A DNA stretch of 64,000 nucleotides from Psammoneis japonica. Taxonomy: Eukaryota. Both the position numbers and the translations under genes were made by a program. Positions within the stretch are counted from its first letter, which is position 1, and every line of letters starts with the position of its first letter. The stretch is taken from assembly GCA_008632985.1 (NCBI GenBank), contig QPGO01000027.1:1-64000 (forward strand). The letters are read 5' to 3'. The notes beneath the pieces were generated by a model. That model was not told where the DNA came from. It did no database searches and saw only the letters and a program-made list of their open reading frames with translations. This document shows positions 36,897-49,938 of this stretch, one piece after another.

Positions 36897-37365
36897 CTTT
36901 ATAGCTTTTTGTGACAAATCGAAAGATATTGGTGAACCCGACAGAATATGTGATTCGCAGCGGTCGTTGCATGCAGGTGTTGCTCCCGAAAATGTGAGGC
37001 ACGTCGCCAATCAATCGGTGGTTCTTGACCATCGCGCGAAGATACGCACTTCAAACTGCTGGTGCGCGACGTAACGTGGGCAAGTCTCATGCAATTGGCA
37101 ATATAAGTTGCTACAGTATTGAAGAGTTTAGATTTACTATCTTCGTCATGATGACGTGCGAAGATTTAACGTCGGCAAGGAGAAAGCGATGACAGAAAGC
37201 ATGACGTGGGTCAACGTCAAACATTGATGCTGGTTAGTTCCATGTACTTTCATTAGAGTCGTTCAGTCCGGTCCGTCCGTCGCTCACTCGAACTCTCATC
37301 GAGTTTTCGATTTCCACGTAGATTTTTGAAAACGAAGAGAATGGCCACAGCAGGCTCTCTCTCTT

Positions 37366-37370
<5 letters not shown>

Positions 37371-37401
<31 letters not shown>
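37371..37401. repeat. (GA)n microsatellite
   Basis: About 15 GA units. Confidence 0.9.
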
Positions 37402-37403
<2 letters not shown>

Positions 37404-37599
37404 GCCACTGCCCACAGTTTACAGTCTTCTAAACAACCAGTTTGCCCTGCAAATGACACACAATCTGAGCATCCTTGTGGCAGTCTTCAGTTGGCTGAGA
37501 GACTCTGTTCCAGCTTGCCAGGCTCAAAACTGCTTGGCTGCAACTGCATTCTCAGCCTCGCAATTTTTCAACATTTCTGCTCTCGCTGCTCATTTTCTA

Positions 37600-38120
37600 T
37601 TTTTACCACTTCTGATCCTGGGAAGGTCTCTTCCAGGATTTCTTTGAATGCCGGCATGTCCTCTGAACCAACTTTGGGATGACAGCATTGTTGTTGCAAG
37701 CCCCAACAACAAGAGCACTCTTCTCTGCTTCAGCAAGCTCATTGCCTCTGAGAGCACCTTTAACTTCAAGTGCACTGCTGCTCCTGCAGTTGCCAACAGT
37801 GTTTTCAGGGCACGGAGGCCGAAGCAACAGCGAAGCTGGTCCCACATTTTGGCGCTGCACTTCAAGAAAAAAGGTCCACAACACTGCCCGTGAGCCCCTC
37901 AGCTGTTGCAACACCTTGACTGCAGCATTGCCTGGGAAATGAGCTTCCCATGTGGGATGACCATTGCAAACAACCAGAAAAGAATCTTCAACTCATCAGG
38001 AAAATTGCTTCGCCCCTCACATCCAGGGTTCATGGCAACGAAGATGCCAACATTTTCATGAAGTTTGATCGATCTGTCAAGAAGTTCAACCTCTTCTTTT
38101 TGTTCAACCAGGCAATGCTG
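37600..38120 (-). pseudogene. Dynein heavy chain AAA1-AAA2 fragment, hypermutated and frameshifted
   Basis: VGIFVAMNPG(C)EGRSNFPDELKILF..AMVIP..LISQAML, (CC)FGLRALKTLL..AG and VIPKLV..DMPAFKEILEETFP match the dynein consensus [21 protein letters not shown] / HYDFGLRALKSVL / VPKLVAED..DVFPG. Confidence 0.85.
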
Positions 38121-41100
38121 AAAATGGTGAGGGGACATGCGGGCTCCAAAAGATGATTGGAATCTGTTGCACACTGTGTTGACAAGTGAAGCCGGTTTGG
38201 AAGAGGAGCAACGTGCCGAAGACACCGCTGCTCGAAAGAACAATGTGGACGGTGTTGCCTCAGCTGATGCCAGTGTGAAACAGACAGCTGGGATGACTGT
38301 GACACAAATGAGTGGTGGCAGCAAACTCCAACACCATGAAATTTCAATGTCTGGAAAAGCACATCGACACCCGCTCTTTCAAAAGAGACAACGGCGGTGA
38401 AATGCACGGCCGGTCATCGGGAAGCATCTGGCATTGGCGGGCGGCCATTTGCAAAGAGCAGGAGCCTTGAGTTCTTCACGTGACTTCAAAGACAGTGCCT
38501 CAAATGCAAACCCATCACAACTGTCCGTGCCTCACCTGGGGTGAGTCTTGAGATGTCCGCAATGGCGTCTTCTGGTTTGATGTTGCGTTTGTCACATGAA
38601 GGCCAAATGAACTCATGCAACTCTTCCACTTTCCAATGCAAGCCATTCCATTGAGGGGTTTCTTCAAAATGTCTGGGCCCAATGCACCCCACATTGTCCA
38701 CATTGAAGGGGGGGGGGGGTTGCATTTGGCACCACCGTTCAACCCCACTTCCCTGTGGCATGAACTGGGGCAGCACTCAATTTGTCAAGTTTGGTTTCCC
38801 CATCTTGGTCATCTTTTGGCGCAGTGTCACTGAGTGCTTCACAAAGTGTTGTCAACGTGCACTGCTCCAATGTTGCACAACTCAGGCAGTCCTTGGCAAA
38901 GTCCCTGGGGAAATTTTGCATGTTTGTGGCATTGACCATGAGAGATCATTTGGGTGCCAAGTTGTGCTTTCTGTGGATTAAAAAGTGAGCTGCAGAAGTC
39001 TTTCCTTGGTCTGTTGGAGCACAAATGACCCAGACTCTCCCTCTGCCATGACCGGCACCTGAGGACAAGGCGAAAGCTCACAACATTGCTTGGGTCACTG
39101 GAGACATCATCACATTTGTGCCTTCAATTCCTGCCACTCTAGCAGACTTTACAACACTTTGTTCACGGTTGAGGTTTTCCTGACACAAATTGAGAGAAAA
39201 GTCCTTGAAGCAATTTGCGCCTTCATCGATCACACTTCCGGCCACCAAAGTCAAGCTCTCAACAACAGAGCAGGATGCCCAAATTGCAAACTTCTGCGCT
39301 GGTGTGATTGCACCACCCCTTCCCCCCTCATCTCTTGTTTCTTCATTTCTGCTCACAGCATTGTGAGCGCGCATGTGTGTGTGGCAAGAGAGGTTGCTTC
39401 CAGAGATCAATTGATCAGTCTGCTGATTCTTTGGGTCAAAACTGACTTGATCATCATTGCTGTGCTCTGCAGTTTGATTGATCGCATTTGCTGTTTGCCA
39501 AACAAATGTCATGCACAAATGACAGAGCAGGTGGCACTTTCTTCTCACTCAGACATGCCAAGAACAAGCCCTTCGGGGGGGGGGGGGGGGCACTGACCAC
39601 GGCAAGACTGCATTTGTGGCTCAGAGTGTGCATGCTGGCAGGCTCAAGCTCAAGAAATGGGCTGGCATGGCGTCTCAATGGACAAATGATTGATGTGCAT
39701 GTCTCAGGAATCTGCTTCTTGTTGCTCCTCTTTTCTTTGTGCCACTTGTTCACATTTTGATGCCGGGACATTGAACAGCTCAAATCCCGCATGATTTCAT
39801 GATTGCTGGTCACACATGACAGTCATGAGCATGCACATGTGCCCAGGCCTGCAATGGCATGGTTTCATTGTCTCCAACATGGCCCTTTTTCACTGCTTGT
39901 CATCACCCCTTTCCTCTTTACAGCACTTCTTCATGTTGCACGTGCCTGCATGTTCAACAGTGTTCAAATCCCACACAATTTGATGCACGCCAGTCACACA
40001 TCTTTGCATTGTGCATGCCCGCATGTTCAACAGTTCAAATCTCACACAATTTGACACATGCCGGTCACACATGTGTGACAGTCTCAACACAAATCTCATC
40101 TGCGTGCAACTTTTAGGACAATCATTCCATTCTCGCATGAAAACTCACCACATGTTGCACATGCAAGATCTGCAAACTCCTGTTGCAACCCGGATGCTCC
40201 ATGAAAACTGTCAGTTCCCAACAACTCCTGTGTGAGTCGACGCAAGCTCATCACATGTTGCGCACGTCAACTGCGAACTCCTGTTGCAACCCGGATGCTC
40301 CACAGCAAACTCATGCACTCCTGCGACCAAACTTGAGTGTCACACACTCACTCACTCACTCACTCACTCACAAACAAAACTTTGATGTCGCTTGCCGGGG
40401 GTGGACAGTGAAAGGCATTTTGACAATGTGCGCGAACATGCTTTTTCTTCTGTTTGTTTGTCATGTGTCATTCCAACCAACCAAGCTTGCTTCAACATGT
40501 CAAACAGAGCAAGGGCGGGCTTGCCGGACAAAACATTGTGCCCCAGCTTGCTGAGCAATGCTTTGAGGTTGGGGACGATGACGACGACCCAGCTTGGAAA
40601 TTCTCTCTGTCAAACTTCCAGCATGACATGGTTGGACTTGCTGCAATGAACAACAAGCTCAAGAGGTGCTCTGCATGGTGCGCCATTGTCTGGGGCTTCA
40701 AATGTCCATGGCTGGACTTTTGCAGCCACTGGCACACCCGCCAACTGCGCTGCAATTTGCAATGTTTTTCTGTGCCTGGGTCAGCTGGGTCTGACTGTTG
40801 GAACACATGCTTGGCATCCCACTGATGACATTGTGCCATGACACTTGTCCATGCCTGTGACAGTTTGGGCTGGCCATTGGAGCACATGCTTTTGGCACAC
40901 TGATGTCTGGGGCATCAACTGTCTGCAGTGAAATTTTGCAGCTGCTGTCACCCGCTTGTGACATTGCAACACTCGCCCATGCCCGGGATGCCACATTTCT
41001 GACCTTTGTGCATCTCATTGCAAAAGATTGCCTGGCTTGGGTGAAAAAGAACAAGGGGCAGAGCAACACTGTGCTCTTGTTGAAGTTGTTTGTCCCTCTG

Positions 41101-42549
41101 TTTTGCCACAGTTGAAATGAGATTGAGAGAACATCCCAGCCCAGTTTTGAGGACTCGCCAAACAGCAGAGGGGGATGAAACAAAGCCCCAGCTTCAACGC
41201 ACAGGTTGTGCACAAGCTCACCAAGACAATGCTCTGGATTGTTTTTCAGAATGCATTGCAGGGCATTGCAGTGCCTTCACCAAAAGTGCCTCCCTTCTTT
41301 CTAACCTCCAGCTGACAAGGCAATTCACACCGCCGTCAGAGGCACAATGCTTGCACTGACATCTGAGTTGGCGCTCACTGACTCTGAACTTCTTGCACCA
41401 TGTCAGGGCATTGTTGCAAGGACTGTTGCACCCACAAGCAGCACAAGCTGACCCACAATGTGTGCTGTGCTGCGGCATCTCTTTGAGAGTGGTCCATCCT
41501 GCAGCAGCAGTGCAGGCGGACCTGACCAGGGTGCTGAAACTGCAAAAACACAAGCAAATGCAGTGGCACCACAGTGTGGTTTTTTTAGTTGCATCCAACA
41601 ATCTGGTGCTTGTTTTGCACATCTTTCCATCATGTGGTTGTGGAGAGGTCACCCGGAATTGAGAAAAGCAAAAAGCTCTGGGACGGATTGATCTCTTTTG
41701 CATGTGACATTTTTGTGGCAAACAGCAGTGCATGCCGGTCTGCTCTCTGCTCCAGGGCCCCACTTGCCGGCACTTTGGTTTCCATTTTTGTTGGTTTGAG
41801 GTGTTTGCAAAAATGAAACTCATGGTGTGGGTGTGCTCACATGTGTTGGTGCATGTGCGCGGCAAAGAAATGCCAAAAGCACTCCATGTGGCAGCTCCGC
41901 ATTGCAGCCATTCTCTTTTTGCATTGTGCACTTTGCTTCCTCATCACAAACAAAAGCCTTTTTTTCAAAACGATTGCAGCTGACATTGAATGAAACAACA
42001 AAGTTGAAGGGCTTGCTTGAGTTTGCTGTGTTGGGTCATGGGGTTTCTGAAAATGGTTGATGGTTGTGACTCCAATGAAGCCCCGCCCTGAAAAGACTTT
42101 CTCAAGCCTTTTGTCCTGTGGTGCTGAGGGTTGTGCCGACTTGCATCATTGCTTCTGCACAACTGCCTGAAATCAGCATGGCAAAAATGCAATTTCTTGT
42201 GGTGCAGAGTGGGTGTGCCTCTCTCTGAGTGGCTTTAAGTTCCTGTTCAATGTCTCTGAAAATCACACACATCAGCTTTTGGCCAAGCTCTCATTTGTCT
42301 TTTCATTTTTGGAAAAGTGTTGAGCTCATTTTTAAAAGTCTGTCATGGTCATTTTGGTCAAAACAAATTGCCAGATCGGCATCCACTGGCGACACTTTAG
42401 CTGTGGCTTGGCACCATGCGCACTGCTGGTGCTGCGCACTTCTGCACACATGCATGCCAGGATGAATGTCCATCCATTGTTTGCTCACTTGAGTGCTCAT
42501 TGCAGTTTGCTGCATGCCGGCATTGGTGCCTGCATTCATTGAGTTGGAG

Positions 42550-42810
42550 AACCAAGAGAGCAGCAAAAAATGGATGGAGAGAGAAACACTTTAAAGTGAA
42601 ATGGCGCCGCTGCAAACACAGTTTGTGGTCTTCAAACCTGAAAATGCAACACTTGCATTGCATGCCTGCTGTGACCTGCCACACCCCTGGCACAAACTTG
42701 CAAGGTGTCTTTCTGACATGGGCTCTGCACTTGCCCCCACACTTTGTCTTCATGTGAGCCTCCAATTCTGGAGTTGGATCCAAGACAAGAAGCCTCCATG
42801 TGACACGCTA
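42550..42810 (-). pseudogene. Hypermutated 3' fragment of the DUF1295-like gene (copy A)
   Basis: Colinear with 49828-50055; reads PELEAHMKTKCGGKCRAHVRKTPCKFVPGVW. Confidence 0.9.
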
Positions 42811-44559
42811 ATCTGACTCAGCAAGGTGCTCTAAAAAAATCATGGGGTTTTTGGTGTCTCAATGGCGTGGCTCTCAGATGTGTTTTTCTTGCACCTCGTC
42901 AATCTGACACAGAGTTTGTCAAAGAAGCATCACACAGGGGTGGCTCAATGGAAGATGAAACAAATGTGCTGCCTTGGCAGTTCTTTTGAAAGAGAATGTC
43001 CCAATCTGTCCTGAGCCCAAAGGAGCCACAACAAGAGTTCACCAACCTGACAAACCTTGTTGCTGATGACGTCATTGATGCAAAGACAAAAACTCCTCTG
43101 TTCAGGAAGAAGGCATGGAATCTGCACAAGTCAATTCTTTGGCACATTGCAGGAGGGGTTGTCTGAGAGCAACATGCCTTCTGTGTTGCATGTTGCATTG
43201 AAGTTGGAGTTGATTCTTGCAGCGTGCCTCTTTTCAAATGCCTCCATGGAGCTGGCATGCTGGAAGGGTGTCATCAGAAGGTGAGGCAGCTGCTGCAAGT
43301 GCTCAACTGCTTGCCATGACTCACGACTGTGCTGCTTTGTGAATTTGAGCACAGATGGAATCAGGGCAATGGCACCCATGTTCCATGTTTGACTGTCCCA
43401 GTGTCACGCCAGCTGCTGCAATGGCTGGGAAGTTGGAAACGAAACAAAAATGTTGTCAATGAAGGATGACAGTTGTCAGAGTCAGCCCATGCATCAGCTG
43501 AACTTGCAGAGGGCTTTGTGCTGACAAACAAAGAGTTCAGCACAGAAGGGAGCCTCTGAACTGGCAATCTTGAAGCCAAAGTTGAGAAGCTTGTCAATGC
43601 CTTTGAAGATGGTTGCCTTGACAATGAAAACGTCATCAACAAGTCCACCTGCCTCTGTTGCAAAGAAGCTTGGTTGGTTGCAAACAGGGCATCAAACTGG
43701 TCAAAACTTCTTGGAAAAGCAGATTTTTGTCATTGGCTGGCGCCACACAAGCCACCAAAGCATGGCTGGAGAGCAACCTGAAGTGGACAATTTTTCATGC
43801 ATTTGATGGGGGGGGGCTGAGATGGCAATTTTTTGGAAGCAGTGGGCAAAACATGAAAATGATGGAAAGTGACTGAGAAGGGGCATGACTTGCAAAACTG
43901 CACTCTGCTTGATGACCCACTGGCAGGCACTCAAAGAAAAAGGGAATGTGGTGGCCACCATTCTTGCAATCAACAGTGCCAACACAATGCTCCAAAGGGA
44001 ATTGCAAAGGAAGAATCACAGCACCAATGCAAGCCACCAAGATGGTGCAAAAGTGGCCGAAGCAGTGCACAACCTGAAAGAATCCACCAAACAAGACAAG
44101 AGTGCCTTTCCAAGTGATGGCGCCTTTCTGAATGAGGGCAGAAATTTTGGAGATTTCAGTGCAGACATTGGTGCTCCAGTGGAAGAAAAATTAAATGAAG
44201 ATTTTGTGTTGTTGGCACATTGCCTGCTCTGGGATGCCCAGCAAGCAACTGCACGACACCATTTGCAACATTCCCAGCAAGCTCATCTGCAAGCAAAGCA
44301 ACGAAAGCAGCATTTGAGACAAAGCTCCATGGGGATGGATGAGTCATTTGCTTTTTGCCATCAATGCCATCAAGGTGTTGGGCTTGACTGAAATGCCAGA
44401 AGATTCACAGCACCTGATTCCATGTGAAAGACAACCCTGCCAAGTGAACATGTTGATGGGTTCCCTTTGAATGGGGGGGGGGGTGTGGATGGAAGGAAAA
44501 AGCAGAGTGCACATTGATGACAAAGCAGAGCTCACTTTCTCCATTGCAGCAAGTCATGT

Positions 44560-46600
44560 TTCTCACGTCACTGGCCTTGCATCCTTGAGTTGTTGGTCTG
44601 CTGATGGTGCTGGTCTTGAGCAAATCTGCAGTCAAGGGAAACACAGCACCCTCTGCAAAGTTGCTCCAACAACCAATCCAATCCTGGGAGTCAACAGCTG
44701 CCTGAGCCAATGCACTGCTTGCCTGAATGTGTTGCCCGGGATTCCTGTCTTTCCATTCCCGCAGTTGTTGCAGCATGGTTTCCATTGTCTTGGGGTTGGT
44801 TCTTGCCTTGATCATCCACTGCCTCAGCTTCTGCAGGGACCGGTGCCAAGTCTGAACATTGTGAGCATCATTGCATGGGTGACTTGCCCCAGAGGTGCAG
44901 CATCTTGTTAACTCCACAAGGCCCTGATGCGTGTTTGGTTGGCTGCCCACTCTCAAATGAAGGGTTTGAGGTTGCCAGTGGCACACGTGCCTCTGGGCAC
45001 TTCAACCAACTTTTCTGACATTCAATGTGGAGAGCCATCCTTCAGCCATCCACCAGCAGAGCAGTTTCCTCTCATCAGTGGCCTGTTGAATGTTGTTGGT
45101 GCCAAACCAGATGTCATCCTCTTGTCCCTGACACAGAAGGCCCACATCTTGCCTTGCACCCACTGTTGTTTGGCAACAGTCACCATCTCTGCCAATCTTT
45201 GCTTGGCCTTGGCATCCACATCCACATTGATCTGGGATGGTTGGTCCAGGTCTTCACAGGTGACACTGATCATCATCCATTGAACAGGTGACTTGTCAAT
45301 CTCCACCAGTGTGCAGCAAAGAGGACACTGCGCTGTTTGTGGTTGACGATCAGCTCATGGCCCAGGTTGCTGTGCATGGTCCATGCTGAAGTGCTTTTTC
45401 TGTTGAAGTGGGAGCCATCAAACATGGCTGTCACCACACCTTGAGAGATTGCCTGTGCCATTTCCATCCCATTGTCATCATTCTCAAAATCTTTGACAAG
45501 CCACCTGATGTTGCCAGGAGGGTGCAGGTTTCTGCTGCCTGTTGGAGATCAGTCATTGGCAGCTCATTGAGGTTTGCTGCCTCTTGAGCAATTCCCATTG
45601 CTGCCACAGCTGCGCTGCTGTGCCACACTTTTGTTCAGATCAAGTTGTCTGGCGGGGGTGACCAGTCTCCCCTGCCAAGCGTTGTTGTCACTGTCCTGCT
45701 CTGGTGGTGGGCTGGCCTGGAACTGGTGTGGAGCATGCCCCTGTGTCCTCTCACACACGTTTTCAAATGTGCTCCTTGTTGGCGGTGCTCAGGAAGCAGA
45801 GCCACTTGTCACTCTGACTGTTGGTTCACTTGTGCAAGGGAGTGTTGATGACAGAATTGCAAGGACTCAATGCTCTCTTGAGAGCCTCCTTCCACCATCT
45901 CCAGTCATCCTGGGGCAAGCTGCCTTGTTCAGGCCAGTCAAGCTCCACTGGGGCATGGATCATGAGATGGCAACTTGCCCTCCCAGTGATTCTGCGGTGC
46001 CTTCCAACCCCATTCCTTGCCAGCCACTGTGTCCAAGGTGGAGCACACCCACAGATGAGTCTGCACCAATTTTGGTTGAGCAAGTCAGCTTTTCATGAAG
46101 CCCACTCTGTGGAGCTCTTCTTCAATGAGGAGCTTGTTGTTTTCTCTCCACAGCGGCAAAGTGGGAAGATCAGTTTCTGTTTGGAAGTTGTGTGTTGACA
46201 TGAACTTCCACACATCCTTGATCCACATGTGAGCAGCCAGGCAGCAAAAATTGTCACAGCTGTTCTCAAGAAACTGGCCAGGCAGCCCCACCTCCAGCTG
46301 GCGCTGATGCAGATTTGCTTTGATTGACTCTCCAGCAACAGCGCCCAGTTGAGAGTGCTTCAGTGTGGCTCCAATCTGAGCGATTGCCTTGGGGTGGTGT
46401 GTGGGTGGTGTTGACTCCAAGGCCCTGGCATGCAGTTGGACTGCACACTGTGTCCCTTGTCATGTCCCTGCATGTTCCAGCACCAGGGGGTGGACCATGC
46501 TTGAGCACTGGAGCCATGATGTGTTTGGCTTGGTTCTTCAAGACAGTCAATGCTGGGGAGAGGATGCTCTCTGGGGTTTTCATTGCCGCTGTTGTTGATT
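44560..46600 (-). mobile_element. Degenerate non-LTR (LINE, Ambal-like) retrotransposon: RT C terminus, RNase H-like region and C-terminal domain
   Basis: Remnants IMAPVLK..(C)QGLG, LEVGLPG..WIKDVWKF..LWREN, AMFDGSHF..SAW, SQINVDVDAKAK and SQDWIG.WSNFAEG. Confidence 0.65.
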
Positions 46601-47900
46601 GTCAAAATGATGCACACCAGGCCCCCCTTTCAATCAACCATCTGTGACACACTCACCAAAAATGAAATGTGGGAGCCAACGGCTCTTGGCACCAAAATCC
46701 CACTGCAGCACACATTTGCCATGCCACACAATGGCAGTTTGGCCACAATGTTTGGGAAAGGGAAAGCAGTGTCTGTGAGACAAACATTGTGGAAAAGTTT
46801 GAGCAAAGTGGCATCACCCAAGACCTGGATCTTGCCTTTTTGAAAGGTCATGTGGAAATCAGCAAGTGCGCTTTGTTTGCCATGGAAGATGCAACCCAAA
46901 CAGTCATCATCTTGCAAACAAGCTGCCCCAAAATCAAGCTGCACTCCCCACAAGTTGCCAACAAAGCTTCGACTCTCCCTTGAAACACTCTGTTGTGAAA
47001 GAGCTGCCAAGAAAAAAGGTTGAGAGAGAGAGAGAGAGAGAGAACAAAGGAAAGGAGGCAAAGAGACAACACACTGGCCCAGCCAACAGCAAAGATTCAA
47101 TGCAAAAAAAAAAGAACAGGTGCAAACAGCAAGAAGCAGAACATCAAGTGATTGTGCTCATGTGTTCTGTGCAGCAATTGCAACAGCACACTCGTGGCTT
47201 TTTTGCAACGAATGATGCTGCTGCTCTTTGTGCTTCCAGAGTCCAGAGCAAATGAGGCACACTGTCACCCACAAGAGCTGCAGTGTCCTTTGGGAGCAGA
47301 TGAAAAAAAAAAAGAAAAAAAATGGTGAGTGAGCACTCAAATGTTTGGTGCAGCCATTCCAACAGCACAGCTGCACCTTTCCCCTCCCAGCGATGCTCCT
47401 GCTCTTCATTCTTCCAAAATTTCAAAGAGAAGAACAACCACTGCCATGTGTGAAAGCCATGGTGTCCTTTGGGAGCAGATGCAGAAAAGCAATGGAGTGA
47501 AAAAGTGTTCGTGCATTCACACAGCAACCCCAACGACACATTTTCGTGCCTTTTTTTCCGCCACAATGCCGCCGCTCTTCTTTGTTCTTCCAAAGCTCCA
47601 AAGAGAAAAAAGCCATCGACTCAGAGATCCCAAACCATGAGTGCTGCAACCAATGGAGTGAGCTGCAAAAGACCCCGCGACAGAGCATCTCATGCCCCAT
47701 GAATGACTGACACACCATTCCATGTCAACTCACCAGAAAGTTGGTCGCGATTTTGTTGCATGCAAATTCGACGTACAATCTACACAGTGCACACATCATT
47801 TTTGTGCAGGACATGCTGGAGTTCAGCGCGCAAACATCATCGGCTCGTACACGAGATTTTTGACCACCCCGCTGCTCATCGTCCAGAAGCAGTACACACT

Positions 47901-48108
47901 TGGGGGAAGTCTCCAGCCAGCTGCTGGCTGAAGAATTTTGTGTAGAAATTGTACTGAAAGAATCTGTCAATCTGTGCGTTAGGGGGTTTTGGTGAACGCT
48001 GGACAGACTCGTCTTCTTTTGCCTACGTAAAAATTGTACTTGCAAAACCCCCAAACGCACTGACGATCAGACTTTTTTCAGCCAGCAGCTGGCTGGAGAC
48101 TTCCCCCA
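47901..48108. mobile_element. 208-bp MITE
   Basis: Perfect 32-bp TIR tgggggaagtctccagccagctgctggctgaa, an internal inverted pair gtgcgttagggggttttg / caaaacccccaaacgcac, and flanks cact / tact. Confidence 0.9.
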
Positions 48109-48173
48109 TACTCCCGCAACGCAGCATCGTTCCTTTTCTCGTAGTACGACACCCGCTGTGCAGAGCATTCAAC

Positions 48174-49154
48174 ATGGAGAACACAGACGTCTTTCTTTTG
48201 GTGACGGGTCTTATCCTTGATCAAGGACTCCTCGAGGTTCGCGATCTAGGGGCGATGATGAATGTGAGTAAGGATGTCTGTTCCTCGATCCGCGAATCTC
48301 ATAGTTGGGAACTCTATCTCGACAGAAAACGGCTTGGTCTAGCTCCTCCTTACGGGAGGATCTGCACAGAGGGATGGAAAGGACCATACATTCCGGACGA
48401 TTACGACGTCCGTGATCTTCACATTCCTCCCCGACCACGTGCAAGAGGTTCACGTCAGCCAGATCGTTGGACGTATTACCCCCATCGCAATGACACTCGT
48501 GCCCAGGGCCATGTCTTGGTGAAACAGCCAAGTTTTTACCTTCATCGTTTCAATCCAGAGACGGGTGCCTTGTGCGACCTCTTTTATCCCGCTCATGAAG
48601 ACCCAGGAGGGATTCGAACAGATGTGTACGTTCAACGTGACTTACCAATCACGTGTCATGCCTGCGGTGTAGTTTGTACAACGTACCCAGGTTTGGTGCA
48701 GCACTGCATGACTCTCGATCACCAAGTCGCCTCCGTACCGCCTGAGAGGCGCCTTCCGTCCTACTTCAACGACCCAAGGAACAAGGCGGATTATGAAAGG
48801 AAAACTCCTTTTGAGAAGGTAAAAGCTTGCGTCATCTACAAGCAGAGAGTGCTTGACTTTCTTCGCGCTCCCATGGACTCTGCGGGTCTCCAAAACATGG
48901 AGGATCATCTGGATTGGATCACTAGAGGCTGTCATGGAAACGAGTCCCTCCTGGAGAATTGTACCATTGAACGGGTTACCAAGGCGTGCGTTGATTTCGT
49001 GGTTGAAGAATTTCTTGAGTATGGCATGGAAATCAGGGGATACACCCGTGATGTCATTGTTGATGGTTGGGGAAGATTTGAACATTACGGGAGTGGCAGC
49101 TCAGGTTGCCTCTTCGACATGGTGGTATACCCCCGCTTTTTTTACATGGAGTAG
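48174..49154 (+). CDS. Protein with an N-terminal F-box-like segment and a C2H2 (matrin-like) zinc finger
   Basis: Intact 326-aa ORF with normal Tyr content, LEVRDLGAMMNVSKD..W and CHACGVVCTTYPGLVQHCMTLDH. Confidence 0.65.
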   Translation: MENTDVFLLVTGLILDQGLLEVRDLGAMMNVSKDVCSSIRESHSWELYLDRKRLGLAPPYGRICTEGWKGPYIPDDYDVRDLHIPPRPRARGSRQPDRWTYYPHRNDTRAQGHVLVKQPSFYLHRFNPETGALCDLFYPAHEDPGGIRTDVYVQRDLPITCHACGVVCTTYPGLVQHCMTLDHQVASVPPERRLPSYFNDPRNKADYERKTPFEKVKACVIYKQRVLDFLRAPMDSAGLQNMEDHLDWITRGCHGNESLLENCTIERVTKACVDFVVEEFLEYGMEIRGYTRDVIVDGWGRFEHYGSGSSGCLFDMVVYPRFFYME

Positions 49155-49938
49155 CATAAGCGGTTCGCTTTTTTGATTTGTGCCGCGATGCTTATTCGTG
49201 TCATCCTTTTCACGTCAAGCGCACTTCACAAAATAAAAGCAACGGCAAATAAGTAATCAGTACAAATGGTATCGTCCACATCCTCGGCCGAAACCACGTC
49301 TCCGACTAGTATAGGTGCCTCTTCGACACTTTTTTGCAGAGTGGGCATCGCACGAACATCCTGCTCGTCAACGGAATGTCGCAAATATCAGAAGAAGCAA
49401 GTAGCACCTCCTCCACCGACCAGACTCATTTTCGAACATGTAACGACTCCTCCGATACATTCTCATACCTGTTAAGTGAAGGCGAGTGCTTTGTTAATGT
49501 TTCTGTTACCAAAGTCTACAGTCTACGTGCGAAGTCGATGCTATTTTAATATGGCATGGGTGACAACGTTTTTCGTGTGTGAAGGCTGACCGACAGAGAC
49601 AAGGAAAAGACGATCGACTAGTGAAGTCCAGAACAAACACTTTAGCACTTCAAAACCTTAGCTTGGTGGACGTTCGATTTTGGCAACTGGATGTCTTCGT
49701 TTCAGTGTACTATCATGACATACTTCGGAATGTGAAGCAGCGCGTCATGTTCACAACCTTGCCTTGCTCTCTAGTGGAGTAGGTCTACGGTACTTTTTGC
49801 CAGATTCGAAAGCCTAATCACTGCAAACCAAGAGAGTAGCGAAAAATAGATAGAGAAACACTCCCAAAGTAAAATGGTACCGCTACAACTATAGTTTGTG
49901 GTCTTCAAACCTGAAAATGCAACACTTGTATTACATAC

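Larger units (their letters stand above)
37330..47770. other. TpA- and CpG-depleted hypermutated domain 3 (gene fragments and a LINE remnant)
   Basis: Only about 11 TpA counted by eye in 40000-47700. Confidence 0.88.

Noticed and set aside
38400..47700. Dense overlapping Cys/His-rich ORFs in all six frames (also at 19-21, 51-55 and 60-64 kb)
   Set aside because: They arise because TAA, TAG and Tyr codons are lost when TpA is depleted; they are not real genes.
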